The position numbers were made by a program, and so were the translations under genes. Positions 1 to 10,077 of a stretch of 57,080 nucleotides of DNA are shown here, one piece after another (position 1 is the first letter of the stretch; each line of letters opens with the position of its first letter). The stretch is taken from positions 1 through 57,080 of IMG/VR virus record IMGVR_UViG_3300034104_001340; one strand, given 5' to 3'. Under the pieces are notes generated by a model. That model was not told the DNA's origin. It did no database searches and saw only the letters and a program-made list of their open reading frames with translations. The stretch comes from a virus (lineage: Duplodnaviria > Caudoviricetes).

Positions 1-109
1 GACCAGAGACTAGTGCAATGACCATGACTAGGACAGAGACACACAGCGTGGCGGAAACCATCAGCGTTACGGCGAATGTCAATTTGCCTTTGATGTCACT
101 TTCGTTCAT
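1..109 (-). CDS. Membrane protein, 5' part only (possible holin/lysis-region gene)
   Basis: ATG at 109 reads MNESDIKGKLTFAVTLMVSATLCVSVLVMVIALVS..., a long hydrophobic stretch; the frame runs off the window. Confidence 0.55.
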   Translation of the reverse strand, partial: MNESDIKGKLTFAVTLMVSATLCVSVLVMVIALVSG

Positions 110-113
110 CTAT

Positions 114-590
114 TTACCCCAGATTTAAAATTATGCCGATACCGAAAGCGACTATTGCCGCAACGAGGCCAAGAATCGCAGTAATTGTTAGGACGTTAGC
201 AATAAGCTTTCTCATCTTGCGCCGTTGGTTTTGGATGGCCTTGGCGCGGGTGTCTTTAATCCTTGTGCGATCTCGCATCATTGCTGTGTATTCTTCAACG
301 CCCCACCGCCAGACGATAAGCTCACGCAGCTCTTTCTCCTGCTGCTCAATTTTCTTGCGAGCCAAGAGTGCTTGCATAGCCTCCTGCTCAACACTGCCGC
401 TGGAGATCAGCTTCCTGAATAGCGGCGGGTCGTTGGCTTCTTCCTCTGCGGACTTGACATCACTGACTGCGCCGAACCACGTTCCCAGTTGGCCTGCCAT
501 GTCTTCCAATTCTCGACCTGCGGATATTCCCTTTTTTAGCAGATTAAACGCAGACGTAGCTATGGCTAAGGCTGAGACCGGATCAAGCAT
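114..590 (-). CDS. Hypothetical protein with coiled coil and C-terminal TM helix
   Basis: 158-aa ORF abutting the upstream gene; hydrophobic C-terminus VLTITAILGLVAAIVAFGIGIIL. Confidence 0.75.
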   Translation of the reverse strand: MLDPVSALAIATSAFNLLKKGISAGRELEDMAGQLGTWFGAVSDVKSAEEEANDPPLFRKLISSGSVEQEAMQALLARKKIEQQEKELRELIVWRWGVEEYTAMMRDRTRIKDTRAKAIQNQRRKMRKLIANVLTITAILGLVAAIVAFGIGIILNLG

Positions 591-835
591 TACTCGCTAC
601 CGCCACCATTAAATTTGCCCCATGCACCGAGCATCAGCAGGCCAAGGACGAACAACGTGCCAGCTTTCGCCAGCGTGTTCAGGACAGTTTTCTTGATGCC
701 CCGCCAATCGGTAATTAGACTACGCAAGTCGCGTACATCGTCACCGGCCTCTTCATCGTGCAGACCGACTTCCTTCAGAGCCGACTTCATTTCTTCTCTG
801 ATGATCTTGCGTAACGCGAGTTCGTCTATGTCCAC
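590..835 (-). CDS. Small membrane-anchored protein (DUF6127/holin-like)
   Basis: 81 aa, amphipathic N-terminus plus one C-terminal TM segment. Confidence 0.6.
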   Translation of the reverse strand: MDIDELALRKIIREEMKSALKEVGLHDEEAGDDVRDLRSLITDWRGIKKTVLNTLAKAGTLFVLGLLMLGAWGKFNGGGSE

Positions 836-843
836 GATTCACT

Positions 844-1113
844 TCACTCTGGTTTTGGATACTTGGCTTTTACGGCCAAGCAAGCATCAATGTATGCCTG
901 CACCTGAGCTAGGTCGCCCTTAACAACACCGTCAAGGTAGTCGGTGATGGGTGGGTACTCGGCGGCTCGTTGGCGCTGGTACGCGGTTGCTGCAAGTTCA
1001 GCATCTTTAGCGTCTTGAATTGCTTTCGCTTGAGCAAATGCCGCTAACTCAGCTTCAGTTAAAGGTGTTTGAGTTACTTCGCCTGTGGTGACATTTACTG
1101 TAGTGGTATGCAT
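844..1113 (-). CDS. Tail fibre assembly/chaperone-like protein
   Basis: YQRQRAAEYPPI...VKAKYPK pattern typical of small fibre-associated phage proteins; directly downstream of a fibre gene. Confidence 0.6.
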   Translation of the reverse strand: MHTTTVNVTTGEVTQTPLTEAELAAFAQAKAIQDAKDAELAATAYQRQRAAEYPPITDYLDGVVKGDLAQVQAYIDACLAVKAKYPKPE

Positions 1114-1122
1114 GGTAAATCC

Positions 1123-1839
1123 TTAAATGTAAGCAATGTTGGCTTTGCCATCGTCAAAAGTCCCGCCCGATATAGATATTCTGTCAAGTACTTGTGTCAA
1201 CGATTTTCTACCCCCTACAAAAGTTCCATAATCTACGGACGACAGACCAAATACCCCGCTATATGAATATGTATTAGTAGCAGATTCAAGCAAAGTAAGC
1301 GTAAGCACCCCACTATAAGTTGTTCCTGCTGTTGCACCACTACGCAACAACTTTATGTTGTTTGTGCTGTCAATAGTTAACGCAAGAGAATTATCGTATA
1401 CCTGCCCGCCATAGCTTAAATAGCCACTTGTCTCCAATCCACCTGCATCACCAATGGTTATTAGCAGATCCACTCCTCCAGTAAAACTTACGTTTGCCAA
1501 AGACAAGAAAATTACTTTAGCCGAACTAGGGATTCCAGTAAAAGTAAATGAAGTACCAGAAGTTGTTGCAACGGCAGTGCCGAGCGTAAATCCGCTTGCT
1601 GGCAAAGCGTATTCCAACGCCGTAGCACCAGAGTTAACAGTAAGCACCTGACCAACAGTGCCAAGTGCCGTCAATCCTGTACCGCCGTTAGCGACAGGTA
1701 GTGTACCCGTCACACCCGTACTCAAAGGCACGTTGGTGACTGTGTTGCTAGCTGCGTTAATCGTCTTATTCGTCAGCGTAGCCGTACTCGTTGCTGTAAG
1801 CACATTCGACGGGGTGATAATTCCAGATAGTGTTGCCAT
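1123..1839 (-). CDS. Short tail fibre-like protein
   Basis: Thr/Gly-rich; [23 protein letters not shown] and GQVLTVNSGAT shaft motifs shared with the fibre at 3961-5979. Confidence 0.7.
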   Translation of the reverse strand: MATLSGIITPSNVLTATSTATLTNKTINAASNTVTNVPLSTGVTGTLPVANGGTGLTALGTVGQVLTVNSGATALEYALPASGFTLGTAVATTSGTSFTFTGIPSSAKVIFLSLANVSFTGGVDLLITIGDAGGLETSGYLSYGGQVYDNSLALTIDSTNNIKLLRSGATAGTTYSGVLTLTLLESATNTYSYSGVFGLSSVDYGTFVGGRKSLTQVLDRISISGGTFDDGKANIAYI

Positions 1840-2035
1840 GTTTTACTCCTCTGACTCTGTTCCAAATTCGTTCATGTACATAATATAAAAGGGTGTTGGA
1901 GACTATCTGTACTACCGCGATTGCACCCGCTGCCGAAAAACTGCCAGAGACAACATAGGATATCAAAAAAGTTGCTGTGCTACCTGTTATTCGCCATGTA
2001 ATCGTTTTAATGATGCTGCGTTTCTTAGACTCCAT
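1766..2035 (-). CDS. DUF2061-like small membrane protein
   Basis: RSIIKTITWRI...LLYYVHERIW signature with two hydrophobic segments. Confidence 0.75.
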   Translation of the reverse strand: MESKKRSIIKTITWRITGSTATFLISYVVSGSFSAAGAIAVVQIVSNTLLYYVHERIWNRVRGVKHGNTIWNYHPVECAYSNEYGYADE

Positions 2036-2858
2036 CGTAGGCGTAACCCGTCTTTACCGCAAAGTCAGGCTCCGGCTCCGCTGGAACACGCCAAAACTCT
2101 TTATCTGCGTACTTCTCCCAGACTGATCTTGGCAGTATGGTGGGTCGCTCTTCCCACGTTACCTTGCGTCTTACGGTGTGCAGGCTCTTCATGTTCAGCG
2201 CCCTGTCAAACACCTCGTTCTCGTACTCCACGTTGTCAAAGTCGTGGTCAAAGTACGGCTTGCCGATAAACTGGTAAATCTCGCGCAAGACGCTCTCAGG
2301 CTTTTTACACAGCGACTCATACTCCATCAACATAATCATGTCGGGGTTAAGCAGCATACCCTCTTCAAGGAAGTAGTACGGCTTGACTACCTGTCCCTCT
2401 TTCTTAACATCCATCAGCGCATCGCAGCGTGTGGTTACCGTCTGTCTTGCCTCATCATCAGTCAGGGCAGCGTTGTACAGCGTGTTCTTGGCAGCAATGC
2501 GCTCAAAGCTGTCTAGTATCCACGGCAGGTCGCGCACACAGCAGATAATCTTGGTTTGCGGGTAAAGCTCTTTTAACAGCGAGGTTTTGGCCGTCCAGCC
2601 TCGGCTTGTGTCAAACACGGTTTGGGGCGCAACTGCGTCATAATAGGACTGCACTAATGCTCGTAAAATGTGCTTCCTGCGCGGCTCATCAATCAGGTGG
2701 TTGCTCTCGCTGCCGGTGATGACGTTAATGGTCGATGCCACCAAGCCCTGAACCGGAGAGGAGATGTCCGCGTAAAAGTCAGGGTTCTGCCGCAGAATAG
2801 CCGACAGAAGTGTAGAGCCTGATCTAGGCAGCCCTGATATAAAGAAAAGCTCCTTCAT
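2025..2858 (-). CDS. PAPS-dependent sulfotransferase family protein
   Basis: N-terminal FFISGLPRSGSTLL loop, KIICCVRD motif and YESLCKKPE motif. Confidence 0.85.
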   Translation of the reverse strand: MKELFFISGLPRSGSTLLSAILRQNPDFYADISSPVQGLVASTINVITGSESNHLIDEPRRKHILRALVQSYYDAVAPQTVFDTSRGWTAKTSLLKELYPQTKIICCVRDLPWILDSFERIAAKNTLYNAALTDDEARQTVTTRCDALMDVKKEGQVVKPYYFLEEGMLLNPDMIMLMEYESLCKKPESVLREIYQFIGKPYFDHDFDNVEYENEVFDRALNMKSLHTVRRKVTWEERPTILPRSVWEKYADKEFWRVPAEPEPDFAVKTGYAYDGV

Positions 2859-3292
2859 GCCGCAGTCTCTTGTGGAACCCAGTTAACGGTTGCCTCATCC
2901 CACTGGTAGCGCACATTACCGCCGTTCATCACAGCGTCAGCAGGTCTTGCTACAGGGGCAGCCCAGCTCATGGTGTCCAAATAACCGATCCATGATGGGT
3001 AGGGCCTACGCGCCTCAAGCTCTGCCGCTTTAAGTGCCATCCAAGCAGCCTCGGTCAACACCTCCAACACGCCAGCTATGGTCGTGTCAGCGTCATCGTC
3101 GCAGGTGCAGTAGTACTTAGCCGCCCGCAGATACCTGCCTTCTGAGTCAGTGCTGACAGGCCATGTTGATCGCTCGTCCCAACTGTACGCCAGACCCTTA
3201 ACATTGGGCATGGATGGCCCCGTGCGCTGCGGCTCTTCGGTGCAGGGTATCTTGGTGACGGCATCTACTTCGGTTACACATATGTATTGCAT
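2855..3292 (-). CDS. Tail fibre-associated hypothetical protein
   Basis: 145 aa; PYPSW...WAAPV...YQWDE motif common in fibre-module proteins; overlaps the next gene start. Confidence 0.65.
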   Translation of the reverse strand: MQYICVTEVDAVTKIPCTEEPQRTGPSMPNVKGLAYSWDERSTWPVSTDSEGRYLRAAKYYCTCDDDADTTIAGVLEVLTEAAWMALKAAELEARRPYPSWIGYLDTMSWAAPVARPADAVMNGGNVRYQWDEATVNWVPQETAA

Positions 3293-3310
3293 TGTTGCCT
3301 CCTTGTTAAA

Positions 3311-3964
3311 TTATACGGCAACACGGCGGATGGCTCGGACTTTAAGTGCAGTGGTTTTATTGAAAACGCCGTAAGTACCCTGATAGCCAGTATCGAAATT
3401 TTGCCCACGGGCCCGACCTGCGGAAAACTCAGTACTAGTCCAGTAATTATCAGCATTAAACGCTTCTGAACCTCCAGACTGGAACGCAACCACGGATGTT
3501 TGTGCAGGGTTTCCACTGGTGTAGACACTTGCCCTAGCCGGTACGGCATTAGGATTTATGCCTGAGCTACCATTGTTGCTTGTCGTTGTAGGTTTGAGAT
3601 TGAAGTAACATACATCTAGCTCGTTTTTCGCGGGCATGTACCAGTCCGTTTGACCGCCCGTGGATAAGTCGTTGCAGAAGTGAGCGCAGGGGAAAACTGT
3701 TGCGTTACCGGCAGCGACCATATCCGCAGTATTTTGAGGGCCATCTATGTCGCTATCTGTACCGGGAGTTGTCGTGGCATCGTTTTTCCACGCAAGAGTA
3801 GATTGAGCCGTGGACAGTGGACCGACGACTAGGTCGTGGGTGGCAATGCTGTTTGCTGTTGTTGAAATTTGACCCGCATAGAAACCACCGCCAAACGCTG
3901 CCCCAATAGCAGGTGGCCCAAACGACCTTTGATTCATAAATGTAACTTGACCAACACCACTCAT
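3311..3964 (-). CDS. C-type-lectin-fold (Lcl/DUF1566-like) receptor-binding candidate
   Basis: Start moved to ATG 3964 (ATGA overlap with the upstream stop). Motifs [29 protein letters not shown]. Confidence 0.7.
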   Translation of the reverse strand: MSGVGQVTFMNQRSFGPPAIGAAFGGGFYAGQISTTANSIATHDLVVGPLSTAQSTLAWKNDATTTPGTDSDIDGPQNTADMVAAGNATVFPCAHFCNDLSTGGQTDWYMPAKNELDVCYFNLKPTTTSNNGSSGINPNAVPARASVYTSGNPAQTSVVAFQSGGSEAFNADNYWTSTEFSAGRARGQNFDTGYQGTYGVFNKTTALKVRAIRRVAV

Positions 3965-5979
3965 GTTAAGCCACTCCCGCTGATCAGCCATTGGGTAGAA
4001 GTAATCTTGATGCAGGTTGCAGAGCCGTTTGTAGCCAAGGTTCGTGAACCTGTTGTCCCCGCCGATGACAAAGTTAATGTGTCAGACGTTATGGCAATCG
4101 TGACGTTAGCCACTGCCATGTTGATGAACGTAATAGCCGTACCGATAGGGAAAGCCACTGAACTGTTTGCAGGGATCGTAAATGTCCGTGCATTGTTGTC
4201 CCCAACAGGGTGAAAGATATGTTTGCCAGCGTCTGCCAGAACCAGTGTGTACGCCGCAGACTGCGAGTTTTGCGGTACGTTCCTAAAGCCCACAGCGTCT
4301 GTGCCGTCTACAGTACAAGATGAGAGTGTGCCGCTAGAAGGTGTGCCTAATACTGGAGTAACCAGCGTAGGAGATGTGGCAAATACCAAAGCACCTGAAC
4401 CTGTCTCATCAGTCACCGCCGCCGCCATTTGTGCAGATGTAGCTACAAGCGTGTTAGAGGTTAAGTTGATGGTCTTATTCGTCAGCGTTTGTGTACCATC
4501 CAGCGTTACAACTGTGCCGCCGTTACCACCTACCTGAGCGTAGACTTCCCATGTAGAGCCGTCATAGACAAACTGCACACTTGCGCCGGTAATGTCGCAG
4601 ATCAAGTTTTCAGCCAAGCCGCCGATGGTAGAGCCGTTTCGGCCAACCGTGAGGTTATTCGTACCCCAGTTTGCCCCTGCGTCAGCAACGACTACCTGTG
4701 CGCCTGTTGCCGGAGTTGCCGGTAGAGTAACGGTAAACGCACCACCAGAGGTGTCAGCAAGTACGCCTTCTTTGTCGAAAGTCGTGTAGTTGGCTGTCTT
4801 AACAACGTAGGTCAAACCACCCGCCGGAAGCACCGCAGAAGCCCACGTTGTGCCGTTTGATGTCAGGACGTTACCGTTTGAGCCGGGTGCTACAAACAGC
4901 GGGGCTGATGTGCCGTTGCCCAAGATCACGTTGTTCAGAGTCAGCGTTGTCGCGCCTGTGCCGCCGTTGCCGACGGGTAGAGTACCCGTGACGCCTGTTG
5001 TAAGAGGCAATCCCGTAACATTAGTAAGTACACCCGAGGCGGGTGTGCCCAAGGCGGGAGTGACCAGTGTGGGGCTTGTTGCAAAGACAGCCGCACCCGA
5101 GCCTGTTTCATCTGTAAGCGCACCCGCTAGGTTGGCAGAAGTGAACGATCCGAGAACAGTTGCATTACCCGTGGAGGTTACCGCACCCGTCAGGTTGGCA
5201 TTTGTTGTGACGTTTCCTGCCGTTAAGCCTGCTGCGGTGCCAGTGATGTTTGTACCGACCAGCGCGGAGGGCGTCCCCAGCGCGGGGGTAACCAGAGTAG
5301 GTGAATTAGCAAATACCAGAGCACCTGTGCCCGTTTCATCTGTAACTGCGGAAGCCAAGTTTGCGCTTGAGGGAGTGCCGAGGAACGTAGCTACACCAGC
5401 GCCCAACGAGGTAATACCTGTACCGCCATTTGCTACTGGGAGCGCAGTGCCAGAATAAGTAAACGCCAATGTGCCAGAGGACGTAATTGGACTGCCAGCA
5501 ATGCTTAGAAGACTAGGGACTGTCGCCGCTACGCTTGTCACCGTGCCGCTTGTAGTGGTTGGGTTGGCGCTAAACACCGCCGCACCTCCACCCGCGCCAT
5601 CAGTTACTACCATCACTTTCGTGCCTGTCGCAATGGTTACCGTGGCACCTGAGCCCTGCGCAATTGCAATAGACTGACTGCCTGTAGTGGCGTTCTCAAT
5701 GATCCAGACCTTGGACACCGTGTTAGGCCCAAGCGTTACCGTGCGCGTCGCAGTTAGTGATACAGCCGAGGTGATCTTCAGGTACAGCGAGCGCGTACCG
5801 TCAGCCGACGCATCCGGCATCGTGAAGGTCTCGTTGGCGTCCGCAGCCATCTGCTTGGTGCCAAGGCTGAACGCGTCAGCAATCAGAGACAGGTTGGTGT
5901 TGGTGCTTGTGCCCCAAGTGCCTGATTCGTCACCTGTGCCAATCTCCTTTAGCCGGAGGTCGTTCGTGAAAGTTGCCAT
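3961..5979 (-). CDS. Tail fibre protein
   Basis: 672 aa, Thr/Gly/Ala-rich; three copies of TDETG(S/T)GA.VFA.SPTLVTP.LGTP; globular blocks ([25 protein letters not shown]). Confidence 0.8.
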   Translation of the reverse strand: MATFTNDLRLKEIGTGDESGTWGTSTNTNLSLIADAFSLGTKQMAADANETFTMPDASADGTRSLYLKITSAVSLTATRTVTLGPNTVSKVWIIENATTGSQSIAIAQGSGATVTIATGTKVMVVTDGAGGGAAVFSANPTTTSGTVTSVAATVPSLLSIAGSPITSSGTLAFTYSGTALPVANGGTGITSLGAGVATFLGTPSSANLASAVTDETGTGALVFANSPTLVTPALGTPSALVGTNITGTAAGLTAGNVTTNANLTGAVTSTGNATVLGSFTSANLAGALTDETGSGAAVFATSPTLVTPALGTPASGVLTNVTGLPLTTGVTGTLPVGNGGTGATTLTLNNVILGNGTSAPLFVAPGSNGNVLTSNGTTWASAVLPAGGLTYVVKTANYTTFDKEGVLADTSGGAFTVTLPATPATGAQVVVADAGANWGTNNLTVGRNGSTIGGLAENLICDITGASVQFVYDGSTWEVYAQVGGNGGTVVTLDGTQTLTNKTINLTSNTLVATSAQMAAAVTDETGSGALVFATSPTLVTPVLGTPSSGTLSSCTVDGTDAVGFRNVPQNSQSAAYTLVLADAGKHIFHPVGDNNARTFTIPANSSVAFPIGTAITFINMAVANVTIAITSDTLTLSSAGTTGSRTLATNGSATCIKITSTQWLISGSGLT

Positions 5980-5989
5980 GCTTCAGCTC

Positions 5990-7327
5990 CTACGCTGCCT
6001 TGTTCACATCGACCCACGAGGGGGTTTGCGTGTCTGTTACGTTAATCCAATTCGGGTTCTGGGCGTCGTTGATATTGGTCCACCCGGCTATTCTAACGGT
6101 TCCCACTGCGCCAATACTAGCTACACCGGTAGGTATGACGGAGTCGCTTACTTTAAAGGCTACAGTGCCAATGCTACCCGTGCTGGACACGCCTACAAGT
6201 AGGATCGTTGCCCCTATGCCTATACTAACAGAACCTACAGCACCGGTACCGGCTACACCAGACACAGCCGTAGTAGCGTCATAGGAGACTACCGGCGTAC
6301 CTACCTGCCCCGTACCTTGCACTCCGACGGGCAGCACGGTCAAATTTATCTGGATGTTCGGGGTACCTATTGCACCCGTAGCGGACACCCCGGTGGGTAT
6401 TTCATCGTGGCCTATGGAGAATGCAACGGCACCAACGGCACCTGTCCCAGCTACACCGGTCACCAGCACCGTTTTACTTATGCTGGCAGTAACGATACCC
6501 ACTGCGCCAACGCCCGCAACACCCACCGGAGTTATTGTATCGCTGATAGCTAGGGCTACGTCCCCTACGGCACCTGTCCCGGATACGCCCGTGGGCACCA
6601 CAGTGTCGTTAACCGATAGTGCTACATCACCAACGGCACCTGTCCCAGCTACACCGGTCACCAGCACCGCTTTGCTTATGCTGGCAGTAACGATACCCAC
6701 TGCGCCGACGCCTTCAACGCCTACGGGGGTTATTGTATCGCTGATAGCTAGGGCTACGTCCGCTACGACACCTGTCCCGGATACTCCGGTGGGGGCTTCA
6801 ACGTGGCCTATGGAGAACGCAACGGCACCAACGGCACCTGTCCCAGCTACACCAGTCACACTGACAATTTTTGCAGTGGTGATGGATACGGTACCTATCT
6901 CGCCGTTAGCGGACACACCAACAGGAATAACAATATCGTCTACTTGGACGATAAACCCGCCTATCTCGCCAACGCCTTCTACGCCAGTTGGGACAACTAC
7001 CGCGCTAACTGAGAACGAAACAGAACCCACTTGCCCCGTGCCCACGACGGACACCGAGTCTGTACCCCAGCGCAACTCACCCCACCCTGCGCGGCCCCAG
7101 CCGTCAAGGGGTACTAATTTTGAGGAAGATATTACTGGGGAAACGGTCCCAACAGCCCCAGACGCGGAAACGCTGGGCGCTACTTTTGTCGTAGATATGG
7201 CAAGCGCAACGCTACCGACAGCCCCAGACGCGGAGACGCCGGTTACCTCCACCTCTACGTTTATTACGGTGGATGTACTGGGTACAGCGCCAAAAGGCGT
7301 CTCCGCAAAGCTGCTAAAGCCAAACAT
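5990..7327 (-). CDS. Val/Gly-rich repeat virion fibre protein
   Basis: About 22-aa repeats with core (V/P)TGV(A/S)GTGAVG; N-terminus MFGFSSFAETPF. Confidence 0.8.
   Translation of the reverse strand: MFGFSSFAETPFGAVPSTSTVINVEVEVTGVSASGAVGSVALAISTTKVAPSVSASGAVGTVSPVISSSKLVPLDGWGRAGWGELRWGTDSVSVVGTGQVGSVSFSVSAVVVPTGVEGVGEIGGFIVQVDDIVIPVGVSANGEIGTVSITTAKIVSVTGVAGTGAVGAVAFSIGHVEAPTGVSGTGVVADVALAISDTITPVGVEGVGAVGIVTASISKAVLVTGVAGTGAVGDVALSVNDTVVPTGVSGTGAVGDVALAISDTITPVGVAGVGAVGIVTASISKTVLVTGVAGTGAVGAVAFSIGHDEIPTGVSATGAIGTPNIQINLTVLPVGVQGTGQVGTPVVSYDATTAVSGVAGTGAVGSVSIGIGATILLVGVSSTGSIGTVAFKVSDSVIPTGVASIGAVGTVRIAGWTNINDAQNPNWINVTDTQTPSWVDVNKAA
6406..6853. repeat. Intragenic super-repeat, 198-bp period
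   Basis: 6430-6471 recurs at 6628-6669 (offset 198); 6406-6457 recurs at 6802-6853 (offset 396, one mismatch). Confidence 0.85.
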
Positions 7328-7406
7328 CAGTGCACCACCTCAGACTCACCCTTGGGCGGCGTTATTGGATTTTCGTACCCGTTGGTTGTAAACGTCTGTC
7401 CATGAT

Positions 7407-7664
7407 CTACTCCGTGCCGGTGGTGGCGTCAGGTTCTTCCCATGCCGGGTTGAGTTCCCAAGCAGTGTCTTTGTAAAAATACTTACCGCCTACCCAATCT
7501 TCTGGAGGAGTTACATTCTCATGGAGAACAGTGTCATTACCGCTACAGTCTCCGATAACAAACCACAGTGGCGCTCCAACTTCTATCGTGGTATCGCCCA
7601 GCACAATCGGCGTATTATCCGGCACTACATACAGGGAAATATCATCTCTAGTCAGCGTCTTCAT
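7407..7664 (-). CDS. Small fibre-associated protein
   Basis: 85 aa, ENVTPPEDWVGGKYFY...WELNPAW motif; follows the spike gene. Confidence 0.65.
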   Translation of the reverse strand: MKTLTRDDISLYVVPDNTPIVLGDTTIEVGAPLWFVIGDCSGNDTVLHENVTPPEDWVGGKYFYKDTAWELNPAWEEPDATTGTE

Positions 7665-7668
7665 ATAC

Positions 7669-9612
7669 TTACTCAGCCCCTACTATAAGTTGTGATGCTG
7701 ACGCCGATATTCCCGCAGTTATTAACGGGGGTGTCCCTGTGGGGGAGGGGCTAGTAAGGTTCGCGTCTATAGTTCCGTCCAACCTACGTACATAATACTT
7801 ACGCCCGGGGATAAATACGCCTCCATTATAAATGGCTAGCGTCGGTGTGGAATACTCTACTATCCCCCCTACGGATGTAATGGTCGCTGTAGCGCCGTCT
7901 GCCACGGCTGTACTACTAATCCCAGCGAAACTACCAAGTGCTCCTCGCGCTCCATTGTTTGACTGGATACGTACGAACCGAGCAGCTGTGCCTAGCGTGT
8001 TATCGTAGTAAAGAATGGAACCCTGCCCAATTGCGGTGTCACCGGAATTTGTTTGCCCCAGCGGATTAGCGTTAAGCGCCGCAAAGGGCCCAAACGCGCT
8101 TATAGTGTTACTGCTAAGTGTGTACAGTGTGGTACCTGTTCTAAATGGCTGAAATGTTACCGTAAGACCACTAATCGTAAACCGGAATACATAGCCAAGA
8201 TTATCAGAGGTGCTGCGTATAACCGCGTATGTGGTTCCGCTGAGTGGATCACAAAATGCCCCCAGACCGCTGTTGTTAACGATTTTACCCGTAGATACGG
8301 TCGAATCCGTAGTTCCCGCAGTTATCGCGTTGGTCGCTGCATTTATAGATATTGCGGTATAGTTTGTATACCCGGCGTTAGTCAGCACAAGCATTCGATT
8401 GGAAACCGCATCGTATACTGTTTCTGTTTGATAGAAAGTGAACCCAGTTAGGCTTTGCACAACTACCGCCGTGCCTACTGTGAAGCTAGAAGATGTAGGT
8501 TGCAAAACAACTGCTTTAACACTAGGGCCGGCTACCCCGTAGGTTACGATTACCCGTCCTGTACTCGGGTCTGCCGTGGCAAATGTCTGACCGCTAACTG
8601 CAGACGCCGTATCAATTACTGTCTGAATACCGGGTACTTCTGGTACTAATGTAGGGGGTACTCGCACAGGTACTGCAGCAGGGCGATAGTCAGAAGTACC
8701 TGACCTAAAAAACTGCCCACCTACTACTGTAAATTGCGCAGTGCCACCTGCGCTAGTAGAGGGTTCAGTGTTATCGGGGTCCTGCCCTAAAAGAATGGAT
8801 GGGGCCGCAGATATTTGGCCTTGGAAAGTACCCAGTGCGCTAACAGCGAGAGCACTTCCCAGAGTGATTACACCACTGGTGTTGATGGTCCCTGCTTTAA
8901 CAGTTATAACACTACTAGCCGCAGTATTTATGTAGGCGAACAACAATACTCCACGGTATGTTGTCACCACAAGTTCACTTACAGCATGCGACGCTATAAC
9001 TATGGTAGATACCGACCCACTTCCAGAACTTACGATGGCTGTCGGATAGTTACTATTAGATGTATTGCGGTATACAAACACAAGCCGCTGACTATACGGC
9101 TCGTAAACATATCTCTGATGTTTGTTGGTCGTACTATCGTTAGTAGTGATTGCAAAGTCGTAAATGCCTGTTGTACCCAAACTCGAAGTCCCCATTGTAG
9201 CGGGGGACGTCGGTCGCATTGTCGATACGGTGCCGGTAGCATTTACTACTACGGGATCACCGGCTGCGATAGCCCCACTAGCCGTTGCAGTAAACGCGGT
9301 TGGCGCTGCTGCTCGTTCTGCGGGGTAAGTGACAAATACGTCCTTGGCACCCGCCGCAAACGAGACGGCGGTGCCGCCGCTACTAGACTCAAGAATAGTA
9401 TCGCGGGACAGCGTAGTACCGCTCGACGTGTAGGTGCCGATGCCGACTTCCCACGTGTTCGCCGTGGAATCGACGATGGTGTAGTAGGTAGTGTTCGCGT
9501 TCCCGATAACAGAAAACGATTGGAACCCAGCAACCGCTCCGGCCAGCGTTAGGGTGCCAGTCCCGGTAGTCGTAGATGTCTCTTTGACTCGATCTTTCAG
9601 GACCAGCGCCAT
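7669..9612 (-). CDS. Tail spike/fibre with beta-rich head
   Basis: N-terminus MALVLKDRVKETSTTTGTG...WEVGIGTY typical of virion anchor domains; visibly AT-richer beta-rich C-terminal part. Confidence 0.75.
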   Translation of the reverse strand: MALVLKDRVKETSTTTGTGTLTLAGAVAGFQSFSVIGNANTTYYTIVDSTANTWEVGIGTYTSSGTTLSRDTILESSSGGTAVSFAAGAKDVFVTYPAERAAAPTAFTATASGAIAAGDPVVVNATGTVSTMRPTSPATMGTSSLGTTGIYDFAITTNDSTTNKHQRYVYEPYSQRLVFVYRNTSNSNYPTAIVSSGSGSVSTIVIASHAVSELVVTTYRGVLLFAYINTAASSVITVKAGTINTSGVITLGSALAVSALGTFQGQISAAPSILLGQDPDNTEPSTSAGGTAQFTVVGGQFFRSGTSDYRPAAVPVRVPPTLVPEVPGIQTVIDTASAVSGQTFATADPSTGRVIVTYGVAGPSVKAVVLQPTSSSFTVGTAVVVQSLTGFTFYQTETVYDAVSNRMLVLTNAGYTNYTAISINAATNAITAGTTDSTVSTGKIVNNSGLGAFCDPLSGTTYAVIRSTSDNLGYVFRFTISGLTVTFQPFRTGTTLYTLSSNTISAFGPFAALNANPLGQTNSGDTAIGQGSILYYDNTLGTAARFVRIQSNNGARGALGSFAGISSTAVADGATATITSVGGIVEYSTPTLAIYNGGVFIPGRKYYVRRLDGTIDANLTSPSPTGTPPLITAGISASASQLIVGAE

Positions 9613-9620
9613 AACCTACC

Positions 9621-10076
9621 TCACGAAATACGGATGATAGCCGTCGATGCTGCAGCTGCAGGGAACTGAATCTGGAAATCACCAGAACTCACCTGCTGGT
9701 CACCACCAAAGCTCAGTACTGCGCAAGCTGCGCCAGCATCGGTGTCGTTGTAGATCAGAGCACCACAGGAGGTGAAGGTAGCCGAGGACCACGTGGTATC
9801 CGCAAAGTCACACACGGCAGTAGTGCCGTCTGCAACGGGGGTTACTGAGGTCAGCGTGTTGCCGCCCGTGGTGTAGCCGCTGCCGCTACCAAGCTCATCG
9901 GTGCTCAAGTTGCTGTAGTTGGTCGTGGCGGCGCCGAACGTGCCGGAGCCCGCAGCGGTAGCCTTGAGCAACGCGATCTTGAACGTATCGCCGGTAGACG
10001 CGGTGAAGTTGTGTACGCCCTTGAACAGCTCAACTTTGAAGCTGGTGGGCATTGCCGTAGTGATTGTGATAGCCAT
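9621..10076 (-). CDS. Virion structural protein
   Basis: 151 aa; SFKVELF...FKIAL...GYTTGG...DFAD..W...ALIYN pattern common in phage structural modules. Confidence 0.7.
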   Translation of the reverse strand: MAITITTAMPTSFKVELFKGVHNFTASTGDTFKIALLKATAAGSGTFGAATTNYSNLSTDELGSGSGYTTGGNTLTSVTPVADGTTAVCDFADTTWSSATFTSCGALIYNDTDAGAACAVLSFGGDQQVSSGDFQIQFPAAAASTAIIRIS

Positions 10077-10077
10077 A

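Noticed and set aside
3311-3460. Complete diversity-generating retroelement
   Set aside because: No template repeat or reverse transcriptase seen in the window.
6354-7391. 345-aa plus-strand ORF
   Set aside because: Antisense shadow of the Val/Gly repeat gene; no RBS and against the operon direction.
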